In this document: one piece after another, positions 1 to 11,077 of the stretch | Layout of the letters: every line of letters begins with the position of its first letter | Position numbering within the stretch: position 1 is the first letter of the stretch | Origin: an uncultured bacterium | Lineage (GTDB): Bacteria > Auribacterota > Erginobacteria > Erginobacterales > Erginobacteraceae | Assembly: GCA_963822585.1 (NCBI GenBank) | Contig: CAWGIE010000016.1 | Coordinates: 1 to 64,000 of the forward strand | DNA: 64,000 bases | Direction: 5' to 3' | Position numbers and translations under genes: made by a program | The notes under the pieces: generated by a model | Database searches by the model: none | Seen by the model: the letters and a program-made list of their open reading frames with translations, nothing else | Told to the model about the DNA's origin: nothing

Positions 1-37
1 CGTGCCGGAGCCACGCCGCTCCGACGCATGATCCGTG

Positions 38-1615
38 CTATGCTGCCGCGGCGTAGCCCGCGCCGCTGTCCGCGGGAGCCGGCCGCCAGTTCCATGGCAG
101 CAACCCCTCCAGCGCACTGACCTTGGCGCGCCCGGACACGATGCGCTCGAGCACGTCGGTGAGCCAGGCCATCGGCTCGACGCCGTTCAGCTTGGCCGTC
201 TCGATCAGCGTCATTGCGAGTGCCCAATGCCGGGCGCCGCCGTCGGAACCGGCGAACAATGCGTTTTTTCGCGTCAGAGTCACCGGTCTGATCGAACGTT
301 CGACCACGTTCGTATCCATCTCGATCCGCCCGTCATCGAGGAACACGACCAGCCCAGGCCAATGATGGAGCGCGTAGCGCATCGCCTTCGCGAGATCGGA
401 GACCCCCGACAGGCGCGGAAGCTGCTCTTGCAGCCATGCCTGCAGCGCTTCCACGATCGGTCGACTTCGCGCTTGCCGAACCGCTTGTCGATGTTCGGCC
501 GGATGCCCGCGTATCTCCGCCTCGATCGCGTAAAGCTCGCGGATACGTGCCAGCACGTGCGCGGCAAGCGGTGACTTCGTCGATTCGAAGAATTGATAAA
601 ACGGCCGCCGCATGTGCGCCCAGCAGAACGCCAGCCTGATCGAATCGTCCCCGCGGTCGCCAGCAAGCCGCTTGAACCCGGAGTAGCCATCGACTTGCAG
701 CACGCCGCGGAAACCGGCCAAGTGTCCCGCCGGGCGCACGGCCTTGCGATCCTCGCTATATACATAGGCGGCGACCGGATGCCCAGGCCCGCACCACGGC
801 CGATCATCGACGGCATAACACCACAAGCGCCCGACTTTGGTCTTGCCGCGGCCGGGATCCAGCACCGGCAGGGTCGTGTCGTCGGCGAACAATTTGTCGG
901 ACGACAGCGCCGTGCTCACCACCAGGTCATAGAGCGGCGTGAGCCACCAGCACGCCCGGCCAACCCAGTTGCTCAACGTCGAGCGATCCAGCGCGATGCC
1001 CTGCCGCCCCAACATCTTCGATTGCCGATACAGCGGCAGCGAGTCGCAGTATTTGCTGATCAGCACGTGCGCGACCATCGCCTCGGTCGCCAGGCCGCCG
1101 TCGATCGGCCGCTCCGGCGCCAGCGCCTGCACCACGCCCTGCTCGCAGGCCCGGCAGGCGTAGCGCGGCCGGCGCGTCACCCGCACCCGTAGCTGCGCCG
1201 GCACGATGTCGAGCTGCTCGGAGCGATCTTCGCCGATCACATGCAGCGCGCCGCCGCAGCAGGGGCACTCGCGGGGCTCGATGTCGACCACCACCTCGTA
1301 GCGCGGCAGGCAGGTGGGCAAAGCGCCAAGATTGCGCTGTGCGGGCGTCGCTCGGCGCTTCCGCTCTGTCGGCTCCGGTGCAATAGCATCCTGAGCCGCC
1401 TGGTTCGCGGCGGCTGTTTGCTCCAGATCCTCGAGCCCCAGTTGCAACTGGTCGTCTGTGAGTTGCTCGGAACGACGGCCGAACTGGTGGCGCAGCAGGC
1501 GATCAATAATCAGGCGCAGCTTGTCGTTCTCGCCGTTCAGCTCCTGCACCACCTGGCGCAGCATTTGCTGCAGCGTCGCGGCATCGTCGGGCAGGTTGTC
1601 CAGGTCAATTCGCAC
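38..1615 (-). CDS. tnpC: IS66 transposase TnpC
   Basis: FGRRSEQ, zinc-finger CPCCGG...CRAC, ADDTTLPVL, LQVDGY, CWAHMRR, DTNVVERSIR, LLPWNW; GTG start at 1615 inferred (track ORF 38..1840). Confidence 0.93.
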   Translation of the reverse strand: MRIDLDNLPDDAATLQQMLRQVVQELNGENDKLRLIIDRLLRHQFGRRSEQLTDDQLQLGLEDLEQTAAANQAAQDAIAPEPTERKRRATPAQRNLGALPTCLPRYEVVVDIEPRECPCCGGALHVIGEDRSEQLDIVPAQLRVRVTRRPRYACRACEQGVVQALAPERPIDGGLATEAMVAHVLISKYCDSLPLYRQSKMLGRQGIALDRSTLSNWVGRACWWLTPLYDLVVSTALSSDKLFADDTTLPVLDPGRGKTKVGRLWCYAVDDRPWCGPGHPVAAYVYSEDRKAVRPAGHLAGFRGVLQVDGYSGFKRLAGDRGDDSIRLAFCWAHMRRPFYQFFESTKSPLAAHVLARIRELYAIEAEIRGHPAEHRQAVRQARSRPIVEALQAWLQEQLPRLSGVSDLAKAMRYALHHWPGLVVFLDDGRIEMDTNVVERSIRPVTLTRKNALFAGSDGGARHWALAMTLIETAKLNGVEPMAWLTDVLERIVSGRAKVSALEGLLPWNWRPAPADSGAGYAAAA

Positions 1616-1680
1616 GTTGCGCTTCTTGTGAACGATGCCGCCGAATCGGCGCCAGCAATTTCCTGTCCGCGGCGCAACTT

Positions 1681-2031
1681 TTATCCCGCCAACTCCGGCG
1701 TGCGCCGCCCAACGGGCGCCCGCCACTCGCAGCCGTCCAGAAGCGCCGCCAGTTGCGGTGCCGTCAGCGCGATCCGGCCCGCGGTGTCCGCCGATGGCCA
1801 GACGAACTTGCCGCGCTCCAGGCGCTTGGTCAGCATGCACAGGCCCACGCCATCATGCCAGAGCAGCTTGATCAGGCCGGCGCGACGCCCGCGGAAGGCA
1901 TACACCGCGCCATCGAATGGATCCTCGTGTATCGACTGCTGCACCAGCATCGCGAGCCCGATCATTCCCTTGCGCATGTCGGTGACACCGCATGCCAAAT
2001 AGACGCGCAGCCCGGGCGCGAGCGTAATCAC
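1681..2031 (-). CDS. tnpB: IS66 accessory protein TnpB
   Basis: TDMRKGMIGL, FRGRR, KLLWHDGVG, KRLERGKFVWP. Confidence 0.95.
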   Translation of the reverse strand: MITLAPGLRVYLACGVTDMRKGMIGLAMLVQQSIHEDPFDGAVYAFRGRRAGLIKLLWHDGVGLCMLTKRLERGKFVWPSADTAGRIALTAPQLAALLDGCEWRAPVGRRTPELAG

Positions 2032-2507
2032 CGCTCTTGCAACGCACTCAGCACCCGCCGCAGCGCCCGGCCATCAACCTGGGCATCGACGCGCACCAAT
2101 GCGCCGCCTGGCAGGACGATCTCGATCAGCCCTTCCGGCCAGGGCGATGGCGTGGAACTCGCCGCCGTAACGGATGTCGGACCGGGCTCCGGCGCAGGCA
2201 GTGCGGCCGCCAGTTTCACCTCGGCGAACCGGGGCTCCGAGCGCGTGATCACCGCGTTGGGGCCGGCCAGCAGTTGCTGCCGCCACGTGTAGAGCAGCCC
2301 GGTGCTGATGCCGTGCTTGCGCGCAACCTCGGCGGCAGTCACACCCGGCGCAAGGCTCTCGGCGACGATCTCGCGCTTCTGCTCCGGCCTCCATACGCGA
2401 CGCCGCTCACCGCGCGTGATGACCTCCATCCGCTCGGTCGGAGCGCTCTTACAACTTGTCGTACGCGCGCGCTCATCGAGCGCCGTCCCGTTCGGGGCGT
2501 GTCCCAT
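2028..2507 (-). CDS. tnpA: IS66 TnpA, HTH protein
   Basis: ERRRVWRPEQKREIVAES...VARKHGISTGLLYTWR; alternative start at 2429. Confidence 0.9.
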   Translation of the reverse strand: MGHAPNGTALDERARTTSCKSAPTERMEVITRGERRRVWRPEQKREIVAESLAPGVTAAEVARKHGISTGLLYTWRQQLLAGPNAVITRSEPRFAEVKLAAALPAPEPGPTSVTAASSTPSPWPEGLIEIVLPGGALVRVDAQVDGRALRRVLSALQER

Positions 2508-2567
2508 GCCCCGCTTGCATCACGCCAGCGCTCCGCGCCGCTAGGTGGGGTCGGCAAATCGCTTACC

Positions 2568-2582
2568 TTTTGCCCCTCTTAC
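2568..2582. repeat. Isolated IS66-type terminal inverted repeat
   Basis: TTTTGCCCCTCTTAC is the exact reverse complement of GTAAGAGGGGCAAAA at 57586-57600, the end of the single-ORF IS66 element. Confidence 0.7.
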
Positions 2583-2606
2583 ATTCTTCAGGGCCGACGA
2601 GACTAG

Positions 2607-3527
2607 GGCCTGTCGTCAATTGGCGATTTGTGGTTTGTTCCGCGTCTCGCGAGTCCAGATTGCCACATTCGGAAGGCAATCGGCCAAAAGCGCCAAATAG
2701 CCGATTCCGGCGCGGCTGATTATTCGATTCGTAGGCGGTCAGCTTGTTGGAGGCTGACCGATGCGCCGCTACGGACTCCGCGACGACCAGTGGGAGCGGA
2801 TCAAGCACCTGTTGCCGGGCCAGGAAGGCTGGGTCGGCGCCAACGCCGCGGATAACCGCCTATTCGTCGAGGCGGTGTTGTATCGCTATCGCGCGGGGAT
2901 TCCCTGGCGCGATCTCCCGGAACGCTTGGGCGACTGGAAAAATGCGCATCGCCGCTTCAGCCGCTGGAGCAAATCCGGCGTTTGGGAGCGCATGTTTCAG
3001 CATCTCGCGGCCGATGCCGATAATGAATATGCGATGCTCGACAGCACCGTCGTGCGCGCGCATCAGCACAGTGCGGGCGCCCAAAAAAAGCCGGCGAGGA
3101 TCAGGCGATCGGACGCTCCCGCGGCGGACTGAGCACCAAGATCCACGCGCTCGTCGACGCACTTGGTAATCCCGTTGGCTTGCACCTGAGCGGCGGCGAG
3201 GCGCACGATCTGGTCGGCGCCGATCACCTCCTGCCGGACATGCAGGCAGGGACGTTGATCGCCGACAAGGCGTTTGATGCCGACGAACGGGTCCTCGGGG
3301 TGTTGGCGGCCTCGGGCAAAACCGCTGTGATCCCGCCAAAGGCCAACCGCGTCTCGCCCCGCGAGTACGACCGCGATCTCTACAGGGCGCGCCACCTCGT
3401 CGAGAACTTCTTCGCCAAACTCAAGCAGTTTCGGGCGATCGCCACGCGCTACGACAAAACCGCGCGCAACTTCCTTGCCGGCGTGCATCTCGCCGCGAGC
3501 GCCATCTGGCTCAATTGACGACACGCC
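2607..3527 (+). mobile_element. IS5-family element (IS427-like group)
   Basis: Inverted repeats GGCCTGTCGTCAATT / AATTGACGACACGCC; CTAG on both flanks (2603-2606 and 3528-3531). Confidence 0.93.
2761..3518 (+). CDS. IS5-family transposase in two ORFs, probable programmed frameshift
   Basis: ORF A 2761..3132 (LRDDQWERI, GIPWRDLPER, DSTVVRAHQH); ORF B ends 3518 (IADKAFD, RHLVENFFAKLKQFRAIATRYDK); A7G slippery run at 3083-3090. Confidence 0.9.
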
Positions 3528-6500
3528 CTAGTGGAACCAGCTCAGCGAAGCCGGGTCCCAGCCGACCAGTGTTACTTTCGAGCCGTCGGAAAAGGTCAGC
3601 ACCTCGCCCGCGGCCGTGCGTTTTGCGGTATTCACGGCATGCTGCGCCTCTCCGGAAGAAAAGCCGCTCAGGTGAAAATAGTCGCCGAATTGGGTGATCG
3701 TGATATTCGTGGCAATCCCTTTGGTGATGTCGTAGATATCGGTGCCGGCTTGAGGACCGCCATCGTCCGACGAGAAAGACCCGGCGGCCTGGATCTGGTG
3801 TTGCCGTACAGCGTCAACGTGGAGTGCGGGTTTCCGTTTTCCGCCATGACCACCGTGGCGTTTCCGTCTGACCCGCCCACGAACTTCATCTGCCCGCTGC
3901 CTTGGTAAACCGTTACGGAATTGCTGCCACTCGTGATGGTGCTGAGACCTGTACCGGCATAAATCGTATCAGTCCCATTGCTGATGACGGATCCCGTCGC
4001 TCCAGTCATCTTGATGGTGTTGGTGGTGCCGGCCTGAGTAGTGATGGTGTTGCTGGTGGTGCGGCCTGAGTAGTCGGACCCTGTCCAGGATCTACGGTGG
4101 TAGTCTGAGCCGACCCCCACCCGGAAGGTTCCGAGGCGAGAGTGGTTGTATTGGTGACAGTGCCGGGACCATGCAACACCTGCGAAGGCGAGAGATGCCA
4201 GACGGAATTCCCGGAGACCTTGGCGGGAGCGGTTGTCGCATCTGTACCGCCACGACCGAGGACGACGGGTTATCGTTGAGGATGGTGTTGTTGGAGACGG
4301 TCAGCGACGTGTTGGAGTAGATGCCGCCTTCTTCCCCGTCGGAGATAAAGTTCGGATTGCTGGCGTGCGGTCCCTTCTCGAGGAGATTGCCGGTGATGAC
4401 CGCATTGCCGCCGTTGGGCAGATCGATCTCGTAGCTGCTGTTGCCGGATGGCCCATCGGCGATGGTATTATTTTGCACGATGGTGTTGTTGGCCCGGCTC
4501 TTAATGTCGTGGCCGACAACGGCAGCCGTCAGCCTGCTGTTGGCTACGCTCAGGGTGCCGATTTGGTTCACGTATAGATTATGGGTATGCCCGTCGCCCG
4601 CGCCGTTGGCGGTGAAGGTCGAGTGGTTGATGGAGATCACGCCGTTCGCGTCGGCTGCCGCAAGCAGGCCGTCCTGGTTGTGTTCGAAGGAATTGCCGCT
4701 CAACGTCAGGGTGCCGCCTTCATAGCGGATGCCGGCGCCATTGCCGTCGGGCACGGCGGCACCGGAAAAATCGAAACCGCTGATTGTGACGCTGACGCCG
4801 GGAGCGCCGACGTCGAGAATGCCCTTGCCGTTGGGCGGCGGCTTGGTTGCCAGCATGTGCACGACGCCGCCGACCGCTTCGAGCGTGAGGTTTTGGGCAA
4901 TCAGCTTGGGGAAGTCGTTGGTGTAGGTGCCGGCTTTCACCTCGATCGTATCGCCGCTGTGAGCGGCTGCGACCGCCTGGGCGATTGTGGCGTATTGCTG
5001 CCCGGAGCCGACCGACAGCACGGGACCGCCACCGGAACTGCCGCCACCGGAACTGCCGCCACCGGAACTGCCGCCACCGGAACTGCCGCCACCGGAACTG
5101 CCGCCACCGGAACTGCCGCCACCGGAACTGCCGCCACCCGCACCGGGCGACAACGTCGGGGTGATGTTGAATTGCTCGCCCGGACTGGATGTCGAGCCCT
5201 GGGACGCCGCCAGATCCAGGTAGGGAGCCCCGCTGGCCATCAGCCAATTGTAGGCCGCGAGGGCATTGGGATCGCCATCCGCGCTATAAATATCGGCGAG
5301 CAACTCCGCCGCGAGTTGCTGGTAGTCTCCGTCCGACCAGCCAGCGCCATTGCTATCGCCCGCGGCCACCGTCGCGCTTTCGATGGCGGCCCATGTCTTG
5401 AGCGGGGCGGTGATCGATCCGACATCCAGATCTTACGCGCTTCCGTCGTGCGGATTCCAGCCGGCGACATTCTGGGCGAAGCGGCCGATGATAAAATTGC
5501 TCTCCCATTTGAGAAATGTGAGCGCATCGGCATTGCCCATGCGAGCGGCTTCAGCAGCGGTGCTGACGAAGTAATCCTGCTGCCACGGCGCAATCGCGCT
5601 GCCGCCGCGGTAGTCCCCGGGGAGATAGCCGTAGGCTTGGCCTTCCAGGGATGTCCATGCGGGGATCCGGCTGACCAGATAAGCCCAATTGTCGTCCATA
5701 ACCTTGGTGAAATACGCCTTCGCCGCCGAGCCATCGGGATTCGCGTAGGCGGCCTCGTCGATTTCGCGCAATGACCACGCCTGCTGCCGAACCTGATCGG
5801 CGCCATTGGCGACGATGTCGACGTATGGGCCCTGATCGCGGTAGCCAGGCCAGTCGCTCAAGATCGCGTTTGCGGCCTGGGCATTCAGGTTATCGAGATA
5901 ACTGCGGTTCCCGGTCAGCAGGTAGGCGTCGAAATCGAGACCCGGCTGGTGCGCCTCGTCGGTGGTCCACCCGGTATTGCTGGAATTGACCTGCTGGGTA
6001 AGGCCGCCCGGAGACCCGTTGCCGCCGCGCGGGTCGGTCCAGAGTTGCGGATAATTCGCGGTATTGAGCCAAGTGTTGTTGGTGGCATCCCAGAAATGCC
6101 ACGGAATACCCGCCGCGCCGTTGCCCGCCTGCCCCAGCGCGTATTGCATGGCCGTTTGATTCTGGGTTTCGAGCCAGGCTGCGTTCGATTCGGTCGTCGG
6201 CCCGACATCCCCACGACCGCCGGTGTTCGGCATGTACGAGTTATTCCGTCCGCCGACAGGGGTGCGTTCCAGCCGGGCGCGGCAATCTGGGAGGCCTCGT
6301 TGGCGATCACCGAACTCGCGACCCCGGTGGCCAGATTGTACGTCGGAATGGCTCCGGTCTTCTCGAGATAACCGATGTCATGCTGAATGTTGATCGTATT
6401 CGGCGGCGCCGTACCGACCGTCCCGGTCCAGTCCTGATACTGGTACTGCGTGATGCTGCCGCTCGAATACGCGGTGGTGCCATTCTGAACCAGCTTCGCC

Positions 6501-7126
6501 GTGAGGTTGACCGTGCCACCGGTCGGACTCTCGGCGATATCGTTGTTGAACCCGATACTGCTGGTGAAGGTTCCGTCGGCGTTGGCAGTGATGTCGACGA
6601 CCAAGTGCAATGCGCCGGTCACGGGCACATCCACCCGCACCTCGGTCGCATCCGGCCCGCGCAGCCAGTAAGAGGCCGTGCCGTTTGCGAGCGCGGCCTG
6701 CATCGTGGCGACCAGATCGAGATTGAATTGCGCGCCGTTGACCGTGAGCTGGGCGATGAGGCTGTAGTTATTGAGGGCCGTGGCAAGATCGACCGGTGCC
6801 GCCGTGCTGCCAGTTCCGATGGCGAGCATCACCGGCGTCGAGCTGTTGGCGGCCAACTGCGGCGCGCGGAACGTCAGCACGGCCATCTTGGCCGAGCCAT
6901 CGCTGTTGGTTGTCTTCACGTCCATCTGGACGGGAATTTGCTGTCCATTGATCTGCGCAACCAACTGGGACGCCGGCAGTACCGCGCCTGGCGCGAATAC
7001 CTCGGCCAATATGACGTTCTGCGCCGGGGTGGCTGATCCAAGGTTGTTTTGCAGCAGCAATCCAACCAACTGATTCTGCCCGCTGGGCTGTGGGATTTGC
7101 GGCAAATGGACGATCGTGCCGGACAT
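3528..7126 (-). pseudogene. Large secreted modular protein (about 1,200 codons): putative carbohydrate-active N-terminal domain, Gly/Ser linker, parallel beta-helix domain, RTX/T1SS-like tail; interrupted in this assembly
   Basis: ATG at 7126 with upstream GGAG; fragments 5915-7126, 5433-6233, 4092-5369, 3668-4120 and a tail ending LTFSDGSKVTLVGWDPASLSWFH-stop; frameshifts near 6240, 4240, 4120, 3797 and an in-frame TAA at 5433-5435. Confidence 0.75.
5026..5138. repeat. 15-bp tandem repeat, 7 full units plus a partial one, encoding a GGGSS linker on the minus strand
   Basis: (CCGCCACCGGAACTG)7 read directly. Confidence 0.97.
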
Positions 7127-7401
7127 AGCTCGCACTCCGTGCCGTGGTCTGACCAATACGTAACGATGTTCCGCCCTTCGGATGGCGTCGGAAGCACAGG
7201 GGAAAGGCCCGCCTCGAGAGGCGACCGCCTGTTGCGAGCGGAATTCTAGGTTCGAGGTTCGCAAGATGGAAATTTCCGAAGGGCTACGCGATGAGAGGAG
7301 TCGCGCGGAAGGTAGGTGTGATCCGAGATCTGCGTCAACGACAAAATTCCCAGCTCGGGAAAAATCTTAGTTGCCGATGCCTGATATCCATAGGTCAAGA
7401 A

Positions 7402-7477
<76 letters not shown>

Positions 7478-8293
7478 TTGCGCGCTCGCCATTGTCGGTG
7501 TGGCGCACGTTCCCGGACCAATGTCGGACCACCGAAGGCCGCGTGTCGTCGGCAACCGCTGAAGCACGGCGTACCGGCAAATGATTTGCCGAGGGAAATC
7601 GTGAAGGTTCCTGGCAATTCTCGGTAGTTTTGTTCAGGCAACTGACGTATCAAGGTTATGGCCTATCGCCCAATTACCTCGTGATTGTTGAAGGTTTTTT
7701 CAGAATCTCGCGTTTAGCGAGCATTTTTCGTTCCCATTTAGGAACGTAAGCGCGGACGAGCAGATTCCCCAGCGGCACAACCGTTCCGGACCGCCTCTCC
7801 AGCGGCTCAGCCCGCGCCCTATCATCTAAGAGATGAAAAAGTCAATCGCAATGTGCTCGAGAGTTGATGTGCCGGCCGAACCGACGGGCTTTAGGGAAGC
7901 TCCCGACGGTGGGGCGAATCCGGGCGGGGGATTGATCGCGCGGCGGCCGCGGCGGGTCGCCCGGCCGCCCGGGATCCTTCGCCGCGCAGAGCGTGGCCCG
8001 CCCGGCGAGGCAAGAGCGGCCGAAGCGGCCAGACTCCCTCGATCCGGTCGCATCCGCAGCCGGGCAACGCGGCCCAGGCGCGCGGGTGGCGAGGACGAGC
8101 GCCAACCGTGCACAGGCTTTGACGGCTGCGAGCGCCACGCAAGCCTTCAGGCTGTCGCAAACTGGAAAGAGAGTGCACCCGGGCCGCCCTGCGCGCTATC
8201 GCCGACACTGCAAATCACTATGCTGGAGATGTGGTGCATCAGTCCGGGCGCAGCCGCGTGCCGCTGATCGGAGATGAGAGAGCCGAACTCGCA

Positions 8294-9493
8294 ATGGTTA
8301 CCGAGGATAAAGAATGCCTGCGGGTTCTCTACGTTCACCGGATCGGCTCGCGTGACGGGCAGAGTGTGCATATCGACGGCCTGATCGCCGCCCTGCGACG
8401 AGCCGGGCACCAGGTTCTGATAGTCGGACCGCGGGCTTATGAAAACGTCAGGTTCGGCGACGACAGTCGCCTGGTCTTCCTGATTCGCACATACCTCCCC
8501 AGGGGAATAGGCGAACTGGCCGAACTCGCGTATAACATTCCAGCCTATCTTCGGATGCGCCAAATCTGCAGGACATTTAAGCCAGACTTGGTTTACGAGC
8601 GCTACAATCTCTTTTTCCTGGCAGGAGCGCTACTCGCCCGCCGATGCAACATCCCGTTTTATCTTGAAGTTAATGCGCCGCTTGCCGACGAACGTGGGCG
8701 CTTTGGCGGCCTTGCATTCGGTAGGCTTGCGCGGGTGCTGGAGCGGTTCACTTGGCGTTCCGCCCGGCGAGTTTTTGCTGTAACGGAAGTGCTGAAAGGA
8801 ATAGTCGTCGGGGCCGGCGTCCCGGCGCACCGCGTCGAGGTAACGCCGAACGGCATCGATCGGGAGCAATTCGCTCCGCCGGCCAAGCGCGAGCCGGGGG
8901 CCGGCGTCGTGGTGCTTGGGTTCGTGGGTTTTGTCCGGGCCTGGCACGGCCTCGATGCCGTCATAACGCAGGTCGCAGCGTATCAGGGACCGACGCCGGT
9001 GAAGTTGGTTATTGTGGGAGACGGCCCCGCCTTCGGGGAACTCCAACGCCAAGCCGCTGCCCTGGAGATTACCGATCGTGTGCGGTTCGTGGGTGTGGCC
9101 GAGCGTTCGGCAATTCCCTCGCTGGTGAGCAGCTTCGACATCGCATTGCAGCCGCGTGTCGTCAGCTATGCTTCGCCGCTCAAGATCTTCGAATATATGG
9201 CGGCCGGATGCGCCATTGTCGCACCAGATCAGCCCAATATCAGGGAGATCCTGATCAACGGTCAGACCGCAATGCTATTTCCGCCCGACGACGAAGCAGC
9301 GATGTGGTCCGCGGTCGAGCGGCTCCTGACCGACAAATCGCTGCGTCACGAGCTTGGGCGGGCGGCACGCGAAACGATCGTCGATCGAGATTATACCTGG
9401 TCGGCCAACGCCCGGCGAATAGTTGCCTTGGCCGGCATCGATCTCAGGCGTGCTGGCGGATCGGGTCACGTTCCATGCCCTCCGCATCGGTAG
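8294..9493 (+). CDS. Glycosyltransferase family 4
   Basis: VTPNGID, GFVGFVRAWHGLD, SPLKIFEYMAAGCAIV; start inferred. Confidence 0.92.
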   Translation: MVTEDKECLRVLYVHRIGSRDGQSVHIDGLIAALRRAGHQVLIVGPRAYENVRFGDDSRLVFLIRTYLPRGIGELAELAYNIPAYLRMRQICRTFKPDLVYERYNLFFLAGALLARRCNIPFYLEVNAPLADERGRFGGLAFGRLARVLERFTWRSARRVFAVTEVLKGIVVGAGVPAHRVEVTPNGIDREQFAPPAKREPGAGVVVLGFVGFVRAWHGLDAVITQVAAYQGPTPVKLVIVGDGPAFGELQRQAAALEITDRVRFVGVAERSAIPSLVSSFDIALQPRVVSYASPLKIFEYMAAGCAIVAPDQPNIREILINGQTAMLFPPDDEAAMWSAVERLLTDKSLRHELGRAARETIVDRDYTWSANARRIVALAGIDLRRAGGSGHVPCPPHR

Positions 9494-10088
9494 AGGGTCC
9501 GAATCCTTGCCCCAGCATGCGTTCCCACGCCGCGAAGCTTGGGCGCAAATCTCCGCCTGCTTCCCAGACGCCCCTGTCGCCGCCGGGCTGTCTCGCGGCG
9601 GCGAGCCCTGCGCGTCCCGGATTATGCCGCGCGGGCGGGCGGCTCGACGAGTGGCGTTGCGCATCGGTCATGCGGGGTAGATGCGACGCTGAGTCGCCTC
9701 GGCCAGCCAGAGCCCAAAGCGCCGCTCCGGCCTCATGGATATCGCAAAGAACGCCGAAAGGTGTTAGGGTCATGGCTTGGTGGTCTGATCGTGGCAGTTG
9801 CTTCCAACCACCACGCGAATCAGACCAACCAGATAGTCGCTGGTGGTGCGATCGCGGCAAATGGCGGAATTATTTGCCGCGACCGCACTACTAGCAGGCC
9901 ATCGAGCTGTCTTATCGGGTGCAGGAGGTCATTGCAGAGCGAGCGGGATGCATTTCGGGCGCCAGCGGGGTCAGGCATCGCAGCACGGTCGAGCGGCTTG
10001 GCGCGATCTGCGCGAGCGCTATATCTCCGCGTCGGCTGCTCGACGACCACGACGCCATGCCTGACGCGGTTCTGCCGGACGCGCACTG

Positions 10089-11077
10089 ATGTATAGACAA
10101 TTCTACGGCCTGACCGGCCCCCCTTTTAAGCTCACTCCCGATGGCCGGCTGTTCTTCGCGAGTGCCGGTCACAATCGGGCAATTGCCCATCTGACCTACG
10201 GGCTGGCGCAGGAAGAAGGCTTCATCGTCATCACGGGCGAGGTGGGGGCGGGCAAGACCACCCTGATCGAGTATCTGTGGTCGCAGATCAACCAGTCCGG
10301 CTTCGTCGTGGCCCGCATCGTCAATACCATGGTCGCGGGCGAAGACTTCCTGCGCCTTGCCGCAGTGGCGTTCGGCATTCAGGCGAGTGGGGCCGACCGG
10401 GCCACCCTGCTCTCGCTGCTCGAAAACGCCTTCCGCAGCCTCCGCCTGGGGGGAAACGCTGCCTGTTGGTGATCGACGAAGCGCAAGGGCTGTCGGTGAC
10501 AGCGCTGGAAGAACTCCGAATGCTCTCCAACAGCACCCATGACGGGCAGGCGCTGCTGCAGGTTGTCCTGCTGGGCCAGCCGCAGTTTCGCCGGAAGTTC
10601 GTCAGCCCTGGCCTGGATCAACTCCGCCAGCGCGTGCTGGCCTCCTATCATCTCGGCCCGCTGAGCGAGCCGGAAACCAGGGGCTACATCGAATACCGCA
10701 TGAAGGCCGTCGGTTGGTCCGGCAACCCGGGCTGGGAGGAGGACGCTTTTGCCATCATTCACCATTACGCCGGGGGCATCCCGCGCCGGATCAACCGGCT
10801 CTGCTCACGCGCGCTCCTGTACGGCGCGCTCGAGGAAAACTCCAAAATCACCGCGGTCATGGTCAAATCCGCCGCCGAGGAGTTAGACCAGGATCTCGGC
10901 AACGGACCTGTCGCGGCCGCCGACCCGGCGACCGAGAACGATATCGCGCTGAACGGCCATACGCTCGAGCAGCGCGTGTTCGCGCTGGAGCAGACGATCG
11001 CCAGGCGGGAGCAGCTGTTCCGCCGCTTGGATGAGCTGCTCTCCCGGATGCCGGAAGCAAGGCGCGCCGCCCCGTGA
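10089..11077 (+). CDS. ExeA-like AAA ATPase of XrtA/PEP-CTERM-associated EPS loci, one frameshift near 10450
   Basis: MYRQFYGLTGPPFKLTPD, Walker A GEVGAGKTT, Walker B LLVIDEAQ, GGIPRRINRLC; split at a G run. Confidence 0.88.

Larger units (their letters stand above)
1..2566 (-). mobile_element. IS66-family insertion sequence, three-ORF type; right end lies outside the window
   Basis: tnpA-tnpB-tnpC order on the minus strand; left end reads GTAAGCGATTTGCCGACCCCACC (minus strand, from 2566), with the GTAA start typical of IS66. Confidence 0.93.

Noticed and set aside
5026..5138. CRISPR array
   Set aside because: Contiguous repeats without spacers, inside a coding region; no cas genes in the window
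4937..5247. Repeat peptides RWRQF, VAAVP, PPPEL and TGTAA
   Set aside because: Alternative-frame readings of the 15-bp GGGSS linker repeat
9494..10088. Possible gene or exosortase remnant before the ATPase
   Set aside because: No recognisable motif or TM pattern in any frame
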